Assembly: GCA_963662405.2 (NCBI GenBank)
Contig: CAXXKT010000001.1
Location: forward strand, 512,001 to 576,000
DNA length: 64,000 nucleotides
Direction of reading: 5' to 3'
Source: Syntrophales bacterium
Lineage (GTDB): Bacteria; Desulfobacterota; Syntrophia; Syntrophales; UBA2210
Positions 62,733-64,000 of this stretch are shown here, piece after piece; position 1 is the first letter of the stretch, and every line of letters begins with the position of its first letter. Position numbers and translations under genes: made by a program. Below the pieces are notes generated by a model that did no database searches, was not told where the DNA came from, and was given only the letters and a program-made list of their open reading frames with translations.

Positions 62733-64000
62733 TCATTCCGTCGCGCCCTCTTCTCCGCCACCGTCATCCATCGGCGGGACCCGCAGGAAAACCGATACAG
62801 AGCTCTCCGTGATCTCCACGGCTTCACTCACCCGGGCATCTCCCCACTCGCAGGAAATCCGATAGGCACCGGGAGGCAGGGCCGTGGAAAACCCTCCCGA
62901 CTCGCCGGTATAGACAACGCCGGAGAAGGTCTCCCCTTCTATTCCGACCGCGAGGCCTCCGAGCCCTTCCGACCGGTCATAGAGCAGGTCGCCGTTCCGG
63001 TCTTCGTACGCCACGCCCACAAGCCGGGGGACAGATTCATCCGCGCCCGCGGGGGCGGCGAAATCCGCTACCATGAAGAGGATATGATCGCTGCAGATCG
63101 TCGCAAGCGGCTCCGATTCACCGGCGATAAGACCGACGCCGACGTCCCGCAGATCCGGGTTCAGTATGGCGCGATCGGCCCCTTCCTCCAACTCGCAGAG
63201 GAACAGATCGTATAGAAGCCCCTGCGCTCTGTCGAGGGGAAGCTCTTCATCGGGGCGGTAATAGGACATGCCGAGCGACTCCCCCGCCACCTCAGGATCG
63301 TACCCCGCCTCGGCGATGCGGTCTCGGAAGGTCTCCCCCTCGGGAGAGTCGTGGGAAAAGTAGCCCTCTTCCAGCATGTCGCCGGCGTGAACCGCCGCCG
63401 CCGCGTAGAGCAGGAGGTCAACCGTCAGCGGAGGTAACCCATTCGTCAGGATATCAGTCAGCTCCGGACGGTCCGCGAGGACCTGGTCCGGGTCCATACC
63501 GAGGGAAGAGATTACATCAAGGGGCCGGTAGCGGGCCTGGTTGATCAGATGTACGATCTCCATCGACACCGTTTCCACGCTCCGGCCGAAATCACAGGTC
63601 GCCAGGTAGACGTTATACAGGGCCTTGCCCCATTGCATGGTGCCCGCTCCCAGGGCGATCCCCACCTGCGTCAATTCAGGGCTCAAGATATACATCGTCT
63701 CGCCGCTCGCCGGATCCAGCTGGTCGCGAAACATGGTTTCGAAGATGGTGCGCACCCTCTCGGCGGGATCGACAAAATTCGAAAAGGCAACCAGCCCCAG
63801 AGATTCGCCGCTTGCCAACGGGAGATATCCGGCATCCCGGATGCGATCCTCGTACGTCCGGCCATCGGCGGAATCGTGAGCGTAATACCCCTCCGCCAGC
63901 ATCTCTTCCGTGTGCGCACGGGCCGCCTCATACAAATTGCGATCAAAGGTCAACGGGGGAAGCCCCTCCGTCAGGGCCGTTTCCATCTCCGGAAAATCCC
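62733..64000 (-). CDS. Tandem CAP/SCP-domain protein with a C-terminal beta-sandwich; 5' end runs off the window
   Basis: Two copies of LPPL....L..AA..H..[ED]ML..GY..HDS..G.T..DRI..AGY......GESLG...IL.P.L..VG; C-terminal GVAY.D.NGD..YD..EGL.G. Confidence 0.85.
   Translation of the reverse strand, partial: DFPEMETALTEGLPPLTFDRNLYEAARAHTEEMLAEGYYAHDSADGRTYEDRIRDAGYLPLASGESLGLVAFSNFVDPAERVRTIFETMFRDQLDPASGETMYILSPELTQVGIALGAGTMQWGKALYNVYLATCDFGRSVETVSMEIVHLINQARYRPLDVISSLGMDPDQVLADRPELTDILTNGLPPLTVDLLLYAAAAVHAGDMLEEGYFSHDSPEGETFRDRIAEAGYDPEVAGESLGMSYYRPDEELPLDRAQGLLYDLFLCELEEGADRAILNPDLRDVGVGLIAGESEPLATICSDHILFMVADFAAPAGADESVPRLVGVAYEDRNGDLLYDRSEGLGGLAVGIEGETFSGVVYTGESGGFSTALPPGAYRISCEWGDARVSEAVEITESSVSVFLRVPPMDDGGGEEGATE

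Overview
This 64-kb window is moderately GC-rich bacterial DNA. Gene content and order (pgpA-cinA, a split atp operon with b'/b subunits, mreBCD-mrdA-rodA) suggest a Desulfobacterota/Syntrophales-like anaerobe; this is inference. The left part (1-28.3 kb) is mostly housekeeping: cinA, pgpA, an AdoMetDC-aminopropyltransferase fusion, an FGE-fold protein with acidic repeats, an antiporter, F1F0 ATP synthase genes, the mre/rod cluster, ppiD and polA. The middle (28.5-43.3 kb) is a Wzm/Wzt-dependent glycan cluster with a low-GC acyltransferase insert, an IS481-like remnant, and a methyltransferase/coiled-coil/GT2/GT4 enzyme whose coiled coil contains a 33-bp tandem repeat. The right part (43.4-64 kb) encodes secreted or surface proteins that share a ~100-aa module with the motif 'P-[HYQ]...W-x-T-[GE]-I...N'. 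The module is single in a Cys-rich candidate major surface protein and in one small protein. It occurs as four tandem copies in a BACON protein, a frameshifted subtilase and a transglutaminase-elicitor-like enzyme. Two exported selenoprotein candidates are missed or truncated by the ORF track: an HMA-like CxxU protein at 23201-23509 and a catalytically degenerate UshA-like protein at 56137-57195. Each has an in-frame TGA followed by a 7-bp SECIS-like hairpin starting at +12. No rRNA, tRNA or CRISPR array was recognised. All family assignments are from motif recognition by eye, with no database search.
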